From contig CAZNUA010000007.1 in the NCBI GenBank assembly GCA_964576115.1, positions 62,001 through 115,509 on the forward strand: a DNA stretch of 53,509 bases, in the 5' to 3' direction. Below, piece by piece: positions 17,472 to 25,806 of this stretch. This DNA comes from an uncultured Gemmatimonadota bacterium. Its GTDB lineage: Bacteria > Blakebacterota > Blakebacteria > Blakebacterales > Blakebacteraceae. Position numbers and translations under genes: made by a program. Below the pieces are notes generated by a model, which searched no databases, was not told the DNA's origin, and was given only the letters and a program-made list of their open reading frames with translations. The stretch's first letter is position 1, and each line of letters starts with the position of its first letter.

Positions 17472-19845
17472 TTCCCGTCAATCCGGCCGCGGCGATCAGG
17501 CCCACGGCCAGCAGGACACAGGCGGCTCCGGTTCCCACCACCGGGACCAGGACGGTACCGGTCAGCAGGGCTCCGGCGGCTCCGCCCAGATGATCGGCCC
17601 AGGCCACCCGCCCGGCTGCCTCGGCGGTCCCGAAGCCTGTACCGAGCCCGACCCGGGCCGCCATCGGAAAGAGGGCCCCGCCGAGTACTCCCGCCGCTCC
17701 CACCAGTCCGAAAATGGCGGTTTCACCGACCAGGCTCGCCGCTGACGCAGAGCGCAGCCAGGGCAGCAGCAGAGCCAGCAGTAGCGCGAAGAGAGCCGCG
17801 GCTGAGTCGAGAACCATCATGCCCCGCAGCCCGCGTCGAACCGCCTCCGAGCCGGTTCGCGCTTCACCGGCCGCCTGCCCCGGAAAACCGGTCGACAGAG
17901 CGCGGTTGGCGAGCAGGCTGCCGATGACCAGTCCGGCCATGAAGATCCCCACGATCAGACCGATCATGCGGTAGACGTAGCCGAAGAGAACCTGGAAGGC
18001 GTAGAGCAGGATGATCTCGACCGCCATGCTGAAGCAGCCCACCGAGGCCGTCGACCAGAGCACTGCCGTACGGACCGGCACGGGATCGACACGGCGCAGC
18101 CCGACGAAACCGACGGCCAGAGTCAGGGCGAGGATCAGCAGTGCGATCGGAACCGGACGCAGTCCGAGGACGAACCCGACCAGACCCTGACCGCGCATCG
18201 GGGGCGCCTGCCCGGCGGCGTGCGCGCCCCGCGCCGTGGCGAACCAGAGCCGGTGATGGTACAGGGTCGCGACGGGATGGTCGTCGGTGTTGACACGGTC
18301 GGGGGTGTGGGTGTGCAGGGCCTGATCGACCACCGCCCGCTTGGCGGGATCGAACATGTCTGTCGCCCCGGTAAACCAGAGGGGATCGAAGTGAGCCGAG
18401 TCGATCTCCCGCTCGTTGTAGCGGCGAGCGAGTCCGGAGCCCTGGCGGGTCAGCATCCCCTCACGCCGGGCGGCAAAAATATCGGTCGGATAGGCGAAAG
18501 TCACCAGGACGTCAGTGAAGACCGTCCGGAGGGGCTCCACGATGCTGGCCACATACGCCGAGGCTTCGGCTCCCCAGTAACCGGTCGAACCCCGCAGCGT
18601 GAAGGCGAGAACTCCGTCGGGAGCCATGATCCGTTCCAGTTCGGCGAAGAACTCCCGGGTGTAGAGCCGGGCGGAGAGGATCGTGGCCGGTTCGGGGGCC
18701 GCGAGGATGACCAGATCCCATCCTGCCCGCCCCTCCCGGGCAAGCCTCTTGACCCGGTAACGGATGTCGCCATAGCGCACGCGCACGGCCGGTGAGCGCA
18801 GAGCGGCCAGATCGTCGGCCTCGAGAAAGCGACTCTGGGCCGTGAAGGCCTGTTCGTCGAGGGTGACCAGTTCCACTTCGACGGGGTGGTGGCGGAGCAG
18901 TTCGGCGACCAGCCCCTCCTGGCCGCCGCCGAGCAGGAGGATCCGCTTCGGATCGGGATGCTGGCAGGCGGTAAAATGGGCCGTGATGGCATGGGCCACG
19001 GGATCGGGCCAGGTGGCTTCGACCTGGCCGTTGAGATAGAGACTGTATTCATTCTCGAGCCGCCCGATATCGATGTGCTGGTAACGCGAATCGGCAGCCA
19101 GGCCGAGTTCGAGCCCGGGGGCGAAACTGCTCCAGCGCCACCGCCCGGTCAACTGGTCGAGCCGGGCCGGCAGCGAAAGCAGGGTCAGGGCAGCCAGCAG
19201 CGTCGCCAGTGCGACGGCGGCGAACCGCGCGGTACGATGACGCTCCTCACCGGCCAGCAGGAGCAGCAGAGCGGCCGGAAGCAGGGTGCCGAGACCGATC
19301 GCCAGAGTGAAAGAATCGAGCCGGGCCACCAGGAAAAAGCTGAAGAGAGCGCCGCCGACCAGGCTCCCCGCCGCCTCGACGGCATAGATCCTTCCGACCG
19401 AGCGCGCCCGGACGGTATCGTCGCCGGCATCTTCTGCCAGCACGGCGCTGGCGGTCGGAAAGGCCGCCCCGATCGGAATCCCCACCGGCAGAGCGGCAAG
19501 CAGGTCGATCAGCAGTACCGCTCCCGGGCCCGGGTACGCTCCCGCTCCAAGCCCGAAGATGAGTCGCGAAGCGCGCAGGAAGACGAGCACCGCCGTCAGA
19601 GAGAGAGGCAGCACCAGGACGGCTCCGGCCAGCCATCGCCGGGCGCTGTCGGCAGTGCGGGCGCGGTGCCGGACGCCGGCCGCCCCCAGAGCCACACCCA
19701 CGAGCCAGAAGGTGAAGATGAAGCCCCAGGCCAGTTCGGAACCGAGCAGAACGACCTGGGCTTCGCGCAGCAGCAGGGCCTGGGCGCAAACGGCGTAGGC
19801 GCCGAGCAGGAAATACAAGGTCAGGGGCGTGCGTCGGGACGGCAT
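17422..19845 (-). CDS. Polytopic membrane protein with a central spermidine-synthase-like domain (fused MFS/spermidine synthase type), catalytically degenerate
   Basis: Multiple TM helices flank the segment DSRYQHI...HPDPKRILLLGGG...DLVIL...LYTREFF...PDGVL. The 3' end overlaps amrS by 50 bp. Confidence 0.85.
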   Translation of the reverse strand: MPSRRTPLTLYFLLGAYAVCAQALLLREAQVVLLGSELAWGFIFTFWLVGVALGAAGVRHRARTADSARRWLAGAVLVLPLSLTAVLVFLRASRLIFGLGAGAYPGPGAVLLIDLLAALPVGIPIGAAFPTASAVLAEDAGDDTVRARSVGRIYAVEAAGSLVGGALFSFFLVARLDSFTLAIGLGTLLPAALLLLLAGEERHRTARFAAVALATLLAALTLLSLPARLDQLTGRWRWSSFAPGLELGLAADSRYQHIDIGRLENEYSLYLNGQVEATWPDPVAHAITAHFTACQHPDPKRILLLGGGQEGLVAELLRHHPVEVELVTLDEQAFTAQSRFLEADDLAALRSPAVRVRYGDIRYRVKRLAREGRAGWDLVILAAPEPATILSARLYTREFFAELERIMAPDGVLAFTLRGSTGYWGAEASAYVASIVEPLRTVFTDVLVTFAYPTDIFAARREGMLTRQGSGLARRYNEREIDSAHFDPLWFTGATDMFDPAKRAVVDQALHTHTPDRVNTDDHPVATLYHHRLWFATARGAHAAGQAPPMRGQGLVGFVLGLRPVPIALLILALTLAVGFVGLRRVDPVPVRTAVLWSTASVGCFSMAVEIILLYAFQVLFGYVYRMIGLIVGIFMAGLVIGSLLANRALSTGFPGQAAGEARTGSEAVRRGLRGMMVLDSAAALFALLLALLLPWLRSASAASLVGETAIFGLVGAAGVLGGALFPMAARVGLGTGFGTAEAAGRVAWADHLGGAAGALLTGTVLVPVVGTGAACVLLAVGLIAAAGLTGITLVKRGPAPGSISPG

Positions 19846-19876
19846 ACCTGCATCTTAGGCGCCCCCCCGCCCACCT

Positions 19877-20503
19877 TCAAGACGACGTCAGCCGCCCGGA
19901 TAACGGAGCCGAAGCCCCCCACCAGAGGAAACTCTCCCGGAAGAGCACCGGCCGCAGCGACGAACGCAGGATGACTTCCCGTCCCTCGGGCAAGGTCCAG
20001 GCACTACGGAAGACCGGCTCGACCAGGCCGAACCACGAGCGCCTGATGTCGTGCATGAGAAGCTGCCCGCTCGGGCGGAGCACCCGTTCGAATTCACCCA
20101 GCATTGTGATCGGATCTTCGACGATATGCAGCATGCCGATACAGATCACCGCCTCGAAAGCATCGAGAGGCCAGGGAATGTCGTGCACATCGGCGTGGGT
20201 GAACCGCACCCGTTCGGTTACCCCTTCGGCCTCGGCGTGCGCCCGGGCCAGGCGCAGGAGCGGTTCGGAGAGGTCGATCCCGATCACGTCGGCATCGGGC
20301 AGGGCTCGGGCCAGGGCGAGGGCGGTGGTGCCCGGCCCGCAGCCGGCGTCGAGGATTCTCCCGCCCCGGAACCCCAGAGCCTTCAGCTCGCGCGCATACC
20401 GGCGACCGCGCCGGGCCCCGGCTCCCCCCTCGCGACGGGCATAGGTGCGGGCCCATTCGGGATCATCGAACACCCGATCGTGTCGCAGTGCCTGCCGTTC
20501 CAT
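19877..20503 (-). CDS. Class I SAM-dependent methyltransferase
   Basis: Motifs ILDAGCGPG, GIDLS, ADVHDIP, RVLRPSG. AAGGAG RBS before ATG 20503. Confidence 0.9.
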   Translation of the reverse strand: MERQALRHDRVFDDPEWARTYARREGGAGARRGRRYARELKALGFRGGRILDAGCGPGTTALALARALPDADVIGIDLSEPLLRLARAHAEAEGVTERVRFTHADVHDIPWPLDAFEAVICIGMLHIVEDPITMLGEFERVLRPSGQLLMHDIRRSWFGLVEPVFRSAWTLPEGREVILRSSLRPVLFRESFLWWGASAPLSGRLTSS

Positions 20504-20574
20504 GAGTCCATCTCCTTGTCCTGCCTCCACGGCACTCAATACCCACCGATGTTCTGCTCCTTCCTCTCATACAG

Positions 20575-20608
20575 GGGTCGTCCGGCGGAGCGATTCTCTT
20601 GCCGGAAA
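20575..20608 (-). promoter_or_regulatory. ECF-type promoter TTTCCGGCAAgAGA-N14-CGACCC, matching the promoter of the sigma gene at 47632
   Basis: 25 of 34 nt identical, ungapped, to 47577-47610 by manual alignment. Confidence 0.65.
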
Positions 20609-20663
20609 AATCGGCGGGACGATTCGGCGCGTGGGATCCGGACGGTCAGCGGGTCAGGAGAGT

Positions 20664-20691
20664 GGGAACCGCCGGGCCCGCCCGCCCGTAC
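20664..20691 (+). promoter_or_regulatory. ECF-sigma-type promoter GGGAAC-N17-CGTAC
   Basis: Read directly, upstream of the ADOP permease at 20768. Confidence 0.55.
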
Positions 20692-20767
20692 TTCAGGGCA
20701 AGCCCGGCACAGTGAACCGGAACTGAATCGGCCGCCGACACACGGTTCGGCCCGGGAAAGGCGGGAC

Positions 20768-23176
20768 ATGGGATCTCTCGGTCGTGATCTGCGGTACGGT
20801 CTGCGCACCCTTCGGCGCACCCCTCTGTTCACCGTCGTCACCCTGCTCTGTCTCGGGCTCGGGATCGGCCTGAACGTCACTGTCTTCACCTTCGTCAACG
20901 GCATCTTCCTCCGGCCTCTGCCCTTCGCCGAACCCGACCGGCTGGTGGGAATCTACGAAAACGACCTGGAACGCGGTTTTACCCGCTCCTCGGTGGCCTG
21001 GGGAAATTTCGCGGCCTGGCGCGAACGTAGCGGCTCGTTCAGCACCCTGGCGGCGTACGACGACAGGAGTCTGAACCTGACCGGGAGCGGCGATCCGGCC
21101 CGGATTCCCGCCGCAGCCGTCTCCCACGAACTGTTTGCCGTGCTGGGGACCGCACCCGCCCGCGGACGGCACTTTACACCTGCCGATGACGAGCCCGGCG
21201 CTCCGGGCACGGTCATCCTGAGTCATGGTCTCTGGCGGAACCGTTTTACCCTGGATCCCGCCGTCATCGGGACCACCCTCACCCTGGATGGGGAGGCGCA
21301 CACCGTCATCGGGATCATGCCCGAGGGCTTCCGCTTCCCCGAGACTGCCGACTGCTGGATCCCCCTGCGTCTTTCCCACCCGCCGGGTATCGGCAACCAC
21401 AATCTGGAGGTCGTGGCCCGGCTGGCACAGGGGAGGACCATGACCTCCGCTCAGGCCGACCTCGACGACGTCATGGCGGCCCTGCAGGCCGAGTACCCGG
21501 CAACGGTGGGAACCCGCGGGGCGGTCGTGACCTCCCTGCGTGACGAACTGCTCTACCGGCCCCGCACGACCGTTCTGCTCTTTTCAGGTGTGGTCTGCTT
21601 CGTGCTCCTGCTGGTCTGCGCCAACGTCGCCAACCTGATGCTCACCCGGTCCGAGGTCCGGCAGCGGGAGATCGCGATCCGCACCTCGCTCGGGGCGAAC
21701 CGGAGGCGGATCGTGCAGCAGTTCGGAATCGAGAGCCTCCTGCTGGCCGGCGGCGGAGGCCTGCTCGGTCTGCTGCTGGCGGTTCTCGGACGCGACCTGG
21801 TCCTGGCCCTGGCTCCCGGCCCGATCCCCTACTACTACTCCTTTGCGATCGGAATCCCGGTGATCGCGGCCGCTGTCGGTCTGAGTATCCTGAGTGCAAT
21901 CCTCTTCGGAACGGCTCCGGCTGTCCGCTCCTCTCGTTTCCCGCTGGCTGCAGCCCTGCGTGAGGGGGGCGGCCTGACCGGCTCGCTGCGCCGGCGTCAG
22001 CTGCGTTCGGCCCTGGTGGTGATCGAGATCGCTCTCACCCTGACCATCCTGACCGGGAGCGGGCTCATGCTGCGCACCCTGGGGGAACTGCGTTCGCTCG
22101 AGCCGGGTTTCGAGACCGATCGCCTGCTCACCCTGGGGGTTTCACTGCCCGATGAGATGGCAGAGGAACCGGCTCTCCTGCGCTCTTTCTTTGCGCGTGT
22201 CCTGACCCGGATCGAAGCCCTGCCCGGAGTCGAGCAGGCCTCCTCGGTCTCGAATCTGCCCCTGGGCCGGGGGATGTCGTACGGGAGTTTCTCGATCGAG
22301 GGTCAGGAGGCACCGCCCGAAGGACAGCAGTTCTACGCGTCCAACCGGATCGTGCAGCCCTCCTACTTTTCGACTATGGGAGTGCCCCTTCTCAGCGGCC
22401 GCATCTTCGATGGACGTGACACCCCGGAAAGCGCTCCGGCGGCCATCATCAGCCGGACCTTCGCCGAGAGGTTCTGGCCGGGGGGTGACTGCCTGGGAGC
22501 GAGGATCAAATACGGTGACGCCGATTCACGCTGGCCGTGGATGGAGATCGTCGGAGTGGTCGGCGATACCCGGCACTGGGGCTACACCAGCGATCCCGAA
22601 CCCGAACTCTACCAGGTTTTCGCCCAGCTCCCGGTCCCCTTCCAGACCTTCGTGGTCAGGACTGCCGGCGATCCCGGTCAGCAGGCCGAAGCCGTCTGTG
22701 GCCAGATCTGGGCTGAAGCCCCCGACCTGCCGGTCTTCGACATCCTCACCATGGAAGAAGTCGTGAGCAGCAATTACCGCGACAGCACCCTGATCTCCTG
22801 GCTCTTCGGATTCTTCTCGGCGGTGGCGGTCATGCTCGCGCTGATCGGTATCTACGGCGTGATCTCCTGTTCGGTCGAACGGCAGATGAGGGAATTCGGG
22901 CTGCGCCTGGCCCTGGGAGCTCAGAATCGCGACGTGATCGGGCTCGTCCTGGGACGAGTGGGTGTCCTGGTGGCGATCGGGATCGTTCTCGGCTTCGGTC
23001 TGGCCGGCACCGGTTCGCGCCTCATCCGGGATCTTCTCTTCGGGGTGAGTGCGCTGGATCCCGCGGTCTGGCTAGCGACCGTGCCGCTCGTCGCCGGGAT
23101 CGCCCTGCTGGCCAGCTGGCTGCCGGTCCGTCGGGCGACCCGGGTCGATCCGACCGTGACCCTGCGCTGCGAATAG
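20768..23176 (+). CDS. ADOP-type ABC permease (~802 aa)
   Basis: Starts MGSLGRDLRYGLRTLRRTP. Motifs LLLVCANVANL, EPGFET, GIYGVIS, DPTVTLRCE. The 5' extension in the ORF track is probably not translated. Confidence 0.93.
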   Translation: MGSLGRDLRYGLRTLRRTPLFTVVTLLCLGLGIGLNVTVFTFVNGIFLRPLPFAEPDRLVGIYENDLERGFTRSSVAWGNFAAWRERSGSFSTLAAYDDRSLNLTGSGDPARIPAAAVSHELFAVLGTAPARGRHFTPADDEPGAPGTVILSHGLWRNRFTLDPAVIGTTLTLDGEAHTVIGIMPEGFRFPETADCWIPLRLSHPPGIGNHNLEVVARLAQGRTMTSAQADLDDVMAALQAEYPATVGTRGAVVTSLRDELLYRPRTTVLLFSGVVCFVLLLVCANVANLMLTRSEVRQREIAIRTSLGANRRRIVQQFGIESLLLAGGGGLLGLLLAVLGRDLVLALAPGPIPYYYSFAIGIPVIAAAVGLSILSAILFGTAPAVRSSRFPLAAALREGGGLTGSLRRRQLRSALVVIEIALTLTILTGSGLMLRTLGELRSLEPGFETDRLLTLGVSLPDEMAEEPALLRSFFARVLTRIEALPGVEQASSVSNLPLGRGMSYGSFSIEGQEAPPEGQQFYASNRIVQPSYFSTMGVPLLSGRIFDGRDTPESAPAAIISRTFAERFWPGGDCLGARIKYGDADSRWPWMEIVGVVGDTRHWGYTSDPEPELYQVFAQLPVPFQTFVVRTAGDPGQQAEAVCGQIWAEAPDLPVFDILTMEEVVSSNYRDSTLISWLFGFFSAVAVMLALIGIYGVISCSVERQMREFGLRLALGAQNRDVIGLVLGRVGVLVAIGIVLGFGLAGTGSRLIRDLLFGVSALDPAVWLATVPLVAGIALLASWLPVRRATRVDPTVTLRCE

Positions 23177-23218
23177 GTTCCGCTCCTGGACGTCCGCGAT
23201 CGTCGAAGATAAAACACC

Positions 23219-23269
23219 TGGAACGACGAAACACCGCCCCCGCCTATATCATATACAATGTAGTTGATA
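23219..23269 (+). promoter_or_regulatory. ECF-like promoter TGGAAC-N16-CGCCT followed by the imperfect palindrome TATCATATACA-A-TGTAGTTGATA (candidate PadR operator)
   Basis: AT-rich island immediately before a padR remnant. 9 of 11 arm positions pair. Confidence 0.5.
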
Positions 23270-23287
23270 ATACCGGTCGGTTATTGC

Positions 23288-23395
23288 CGCCGCCTCTACC
23301 GGGTGGAACCGGAGGGAGTCGCCGCCCTGCAGGCCGCCCGCGAGACGATCCGCAGTATGTGGGCCGGCCTCGAACCGCTGCTGGGCGAGCTGTGA
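23288..23395 (+). pseudogene. C-terminal remnant of a PadR-family regulator
   Basis: Not in the ORF track. Translates RRLYRVEPEGVAALQAARETIRSMWAGLEPLLGEL*, resembling the wing and C-terminal helix of ADOP-associated PadRs. The N-terminal HTH and a good start are missing. Confidence 0.7.
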
Positions 23396-23475
23396 GGAAC
23401 TCCCGTCGCCGCCGGCCAATGGGGACCGGAGCGCAACCAGCCGCCGCGGCACCATCAGAAGAAAAGGACCTGCGT

Positions 23476-24204
23476 ATGACCTTCCCCCAGGATATCTGTT
23501 TCGGCCTGCGCACCCTGCTCCGGAGCCCGCTCTTCACGGTCACGGCGATCATCTGCATCGCCCTGGGGATCGGCGCCAACGCCGCCGTCTTTCCTTTTAT
23601 CCGCGCCATCGTGATCAACCCCCTGCCCTACCCCGAATCGCAGGGGCTCGTCCGGGTCACATCGACCGACTCAAACCGACCGGGGCATGAAATCGGGGCG
23701 TGCTATGCCGACTTCGTCGAATGGCGCGACGCCCTGTGGTCGGTGGACGCCGCTATCCCCCTCGAATCTGTGGTGACAGTACCCGAGTACATCCGCACGC
23801 AGAACTGGGAGAGTTACTTCTTCGCCTATCTCTTCGCGATCTTCACCGCTATCGCCCTGCTGCTCGCTGTGGCCGGCGTCTACGGCGTGGTGGCCTTCAT
23901 TGCCGGTCAGCGCTCCCGCGAGTTCGGCATCCGCCTGACCCTGGGGGCCGATCCGGGGGGGATCAGGCGCATGGTTCTCAAACAGGGACTCAAGCTCTCG
24001 GCGATCGGGGTCGGGATCGGGACCGTCATTGCCTACGTCGGCATGCAGTTCGCCGGAGCCATGATGACCGGTGTGAACCCTGGTGATCCGGTGGTCTACG
24101 GACTGGCGATCGTACTCATGGGTGTCATTACCCTGACCGCCAGCATCATCCCGGCCCGGCGGGCCACCCGCATCGATCCGATCCGGACCCTGCAGAGCGA
24201 GTGA
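23476..24204 (+). pseudogene. Internally deleted ADOP permease (242-aa in-frame mini-ADOP; possible GTG start at 23392 coupled to the padR stop)
   Basis: About 85 aa of ADOP N-terminus (QDICFGLRTLLRSP...IALGIGANAAVF...ADFVEWRD) joined directly to the final ~157 aa (ALWSVDAAIPL...GVYGVV...DPIRTLQSE). Confidence 0.8.
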
Positions 24205-24272
24205 CTGGCCAGGCTGGCGGGTATCCCCGCCGGCCGAAAAGCCGACCGCTACAGGAATCCTGCCGGCAGACT

Positions 24273-25304
24273 TCAGAACTCCGGACGCAGGTCCTCGATG
24301 AAGGCGGCCTCGACCCACCAGATGTCGGGGAAGCCGTTGCGCGGCGAGGCGTGCAGCTCGAGCAGACGGGAGAGCGGAGCGCCCGCACAGGCCGTGACCG
24401 CATCGTCATCCCGGCGATCGGTCATGAAAAAGAAATACCGGCCGTCGGGGGAGACATACGGGGCGTAATCCATCGGGCTGGCGGTGTTGATCTTCTCCCC
24501 CATGTTGACCGGTTCGCTCCAGCGGTCGTCATCCGAACGAAAAACGACATAGTAATCGGTTCCGCCGTACGAATCCTGCATCCCGGCCACCCCGACGATG
24601 AGGTAGCGTTCGTCGGGATCGATGAAGGCATTGAAGCGGTTGGTACCGCAGTTGACCTGCCCGGGCAGGCGAACCGGCTCCTCGTACTGCCCGTCGACCA
24701 GCCGCGAGCGCCAGATCGCGTTCTCCACTTCGCCGACGAGCCGGCGGGTGAAATACCAGGTGCCGTCGCGGGTCAGAGAGGGGAAGAATTCGTCGTTGGC
24801 CGAATTGACCGGCGGAGCCAGGCGGTAGGGCTCCCCCCACTCCCTTTCCTGCCGGTCACAGACATAGATGTCCTGGCCCTGCCCGGCAGGATCGTTGGAA
24901 ACGAAATAGAAATGCCGACCGTCGGCAGAGATGTGCGGTTCGATGACATAGACACCCGGCCGGACCGAGAACGGCAGCGCCCTCGGTTCGGTCCAGCGCC
25001 CCTGCTCGAGGCGCGATCCCATGATCGCCGTCCAGGTATAGTTGGCACCGATCACACACCAGTAAATTTCATCACCCTCCGGAGTCATGGCGATATCGCG
25101 CACGAACATGCCGGTCGAGACGATCCCGGGTGCGAAGAGCTCGGGTTCGGCGCCCGGCGGAGTCTGCCCCAGCCAGGGACCGCTCAGAACGGGAAAGCTC
25201 TCCCGGGCGGTGCCGCAGGCGGCAAGGAGAAGGATCGTGACCAGGGGGGTGAGGAACATGAGAACGGAAGCAGGTTTCGAGAGAAAACGGTATCTGCCGG
25301 GCAC
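24273..25304 (-). CDS. PD40/TolB-like beta-propeller lipoprotein
   Basis: Lipobox LLAA-C. Motifs WLGQTPPG..PELFAPGIVST, PHISADG, WSEPVNMGEKINT, PYVSPDGRYFFF. Confidence 0.85.
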   Translation of the reverse strand: MPGRYRFLSKPASVLMFLTPLVTILLLAACGTARESFPVLSGPWLGQTPPGAEPELFAPGIVSTGMFVRDIAMTPEGDEIYWCVIGANYTWTAIMGSRLEQGRWTEPRALPFSVRPGVYVIEPHISADGRHFYFVSNDPAGQGQDIYVCDRQEREWGEPYRLAPPVNSANDEFFPSLTRDGTWYFTRRLVGEVENAIWRSRLVDGQYEEPVRLPGQVNCGTNRFNAFIDPDERYLIVGVAGMQDSYGGTDYYVVFRSDDDRWSEPVNMGEKINTASPMDYAPYVSPDGRYFFFMTDRRDDDAVTACAGAPLSRLLELHASPRNGFPDIWWVEAAFIEDLRPEF

Positions 25305-25373
25305 GGGGAGGATTCTCCTGTTTGGAGTCAGACGACGGGTATCTCAACACACCGGACGGGCACTTGCAGAGCA

Positions 25374-25401
25374 CGACGCGGCCCGACCGGGGGATGTTGA
25401 C
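25374..25401 (-). promoter_or_regulatory. ECF-sigma-type promoter GTCAAC-N17-CGTCG
   Basis: Read on the minus strand, upstream of the PD40 lipoprotein gene. Confidence 0.45.
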
Positions 25402-25533
25402 GTTTCAGGCACCGATTGTACCGGCCTCGGTATCACTGTCGAGCGGGTGCGGGCCGGAAGCCGGACCGGTGATAACCGCTTTATCGCTAAACGTATACCG
25501 GACAGAACAGTCCTTTCTGCAGGAGGGAAGGTT

Positions 25534-25764
25534 ATGTTCTACTCATATCAGTTCGCTATCCATCTCCTGCTCCTCATCTTCGCTCTGGTCCTCGCCATGA
25601 ACGGAGCAGTGATGCTCAGCACCCGGTCCTTCCGCCACCCCCTGGATCGAAAACGGGTCTATGAAGGCACCCCGGCGGTCGTCTTCGGCTCGGTGCTCAT
25701 CCTCTGTTCGCTCGGATGCCTGACCGGTTTCGTGATCTTGATCGGGATGATCAATCTGCCCTGA
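25534..25764 (+). CDS. Small two-TM membrane protein (76 aa)
   Basis: AGGAGG RBS at 25521 and ATG 25534. Two hydrophobic helices joined by a basic loop. Confidence 0.7.
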   Translation: MFYSYQFAIHLLLLIFALVLAMNGAVMLSTRSFRHPLDRKRVYEGTPAVVFGSVLILCSLGCLTGFVILIGMINLP

Positions 25765-25806
25765 GTCAGCTACGCCGGATAGTCAGAGCAGGCGGTCGGT
25801 ACCGGG

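Noticed and set aside
20051-20767. Apparent N-terminal fusion on the ADOP permease (1041-aa ORF)
   Set aside because: It overlaps the methyltransferase on the opposite strand. The family-typical start is at 20768.
23254-23262. TACA-A-TGTA as a classical BlaI/CopY box
   Set aside because: The spacer is 1 nt rather than 2, and the site precedes a padR remnant rather than the blaI locus.
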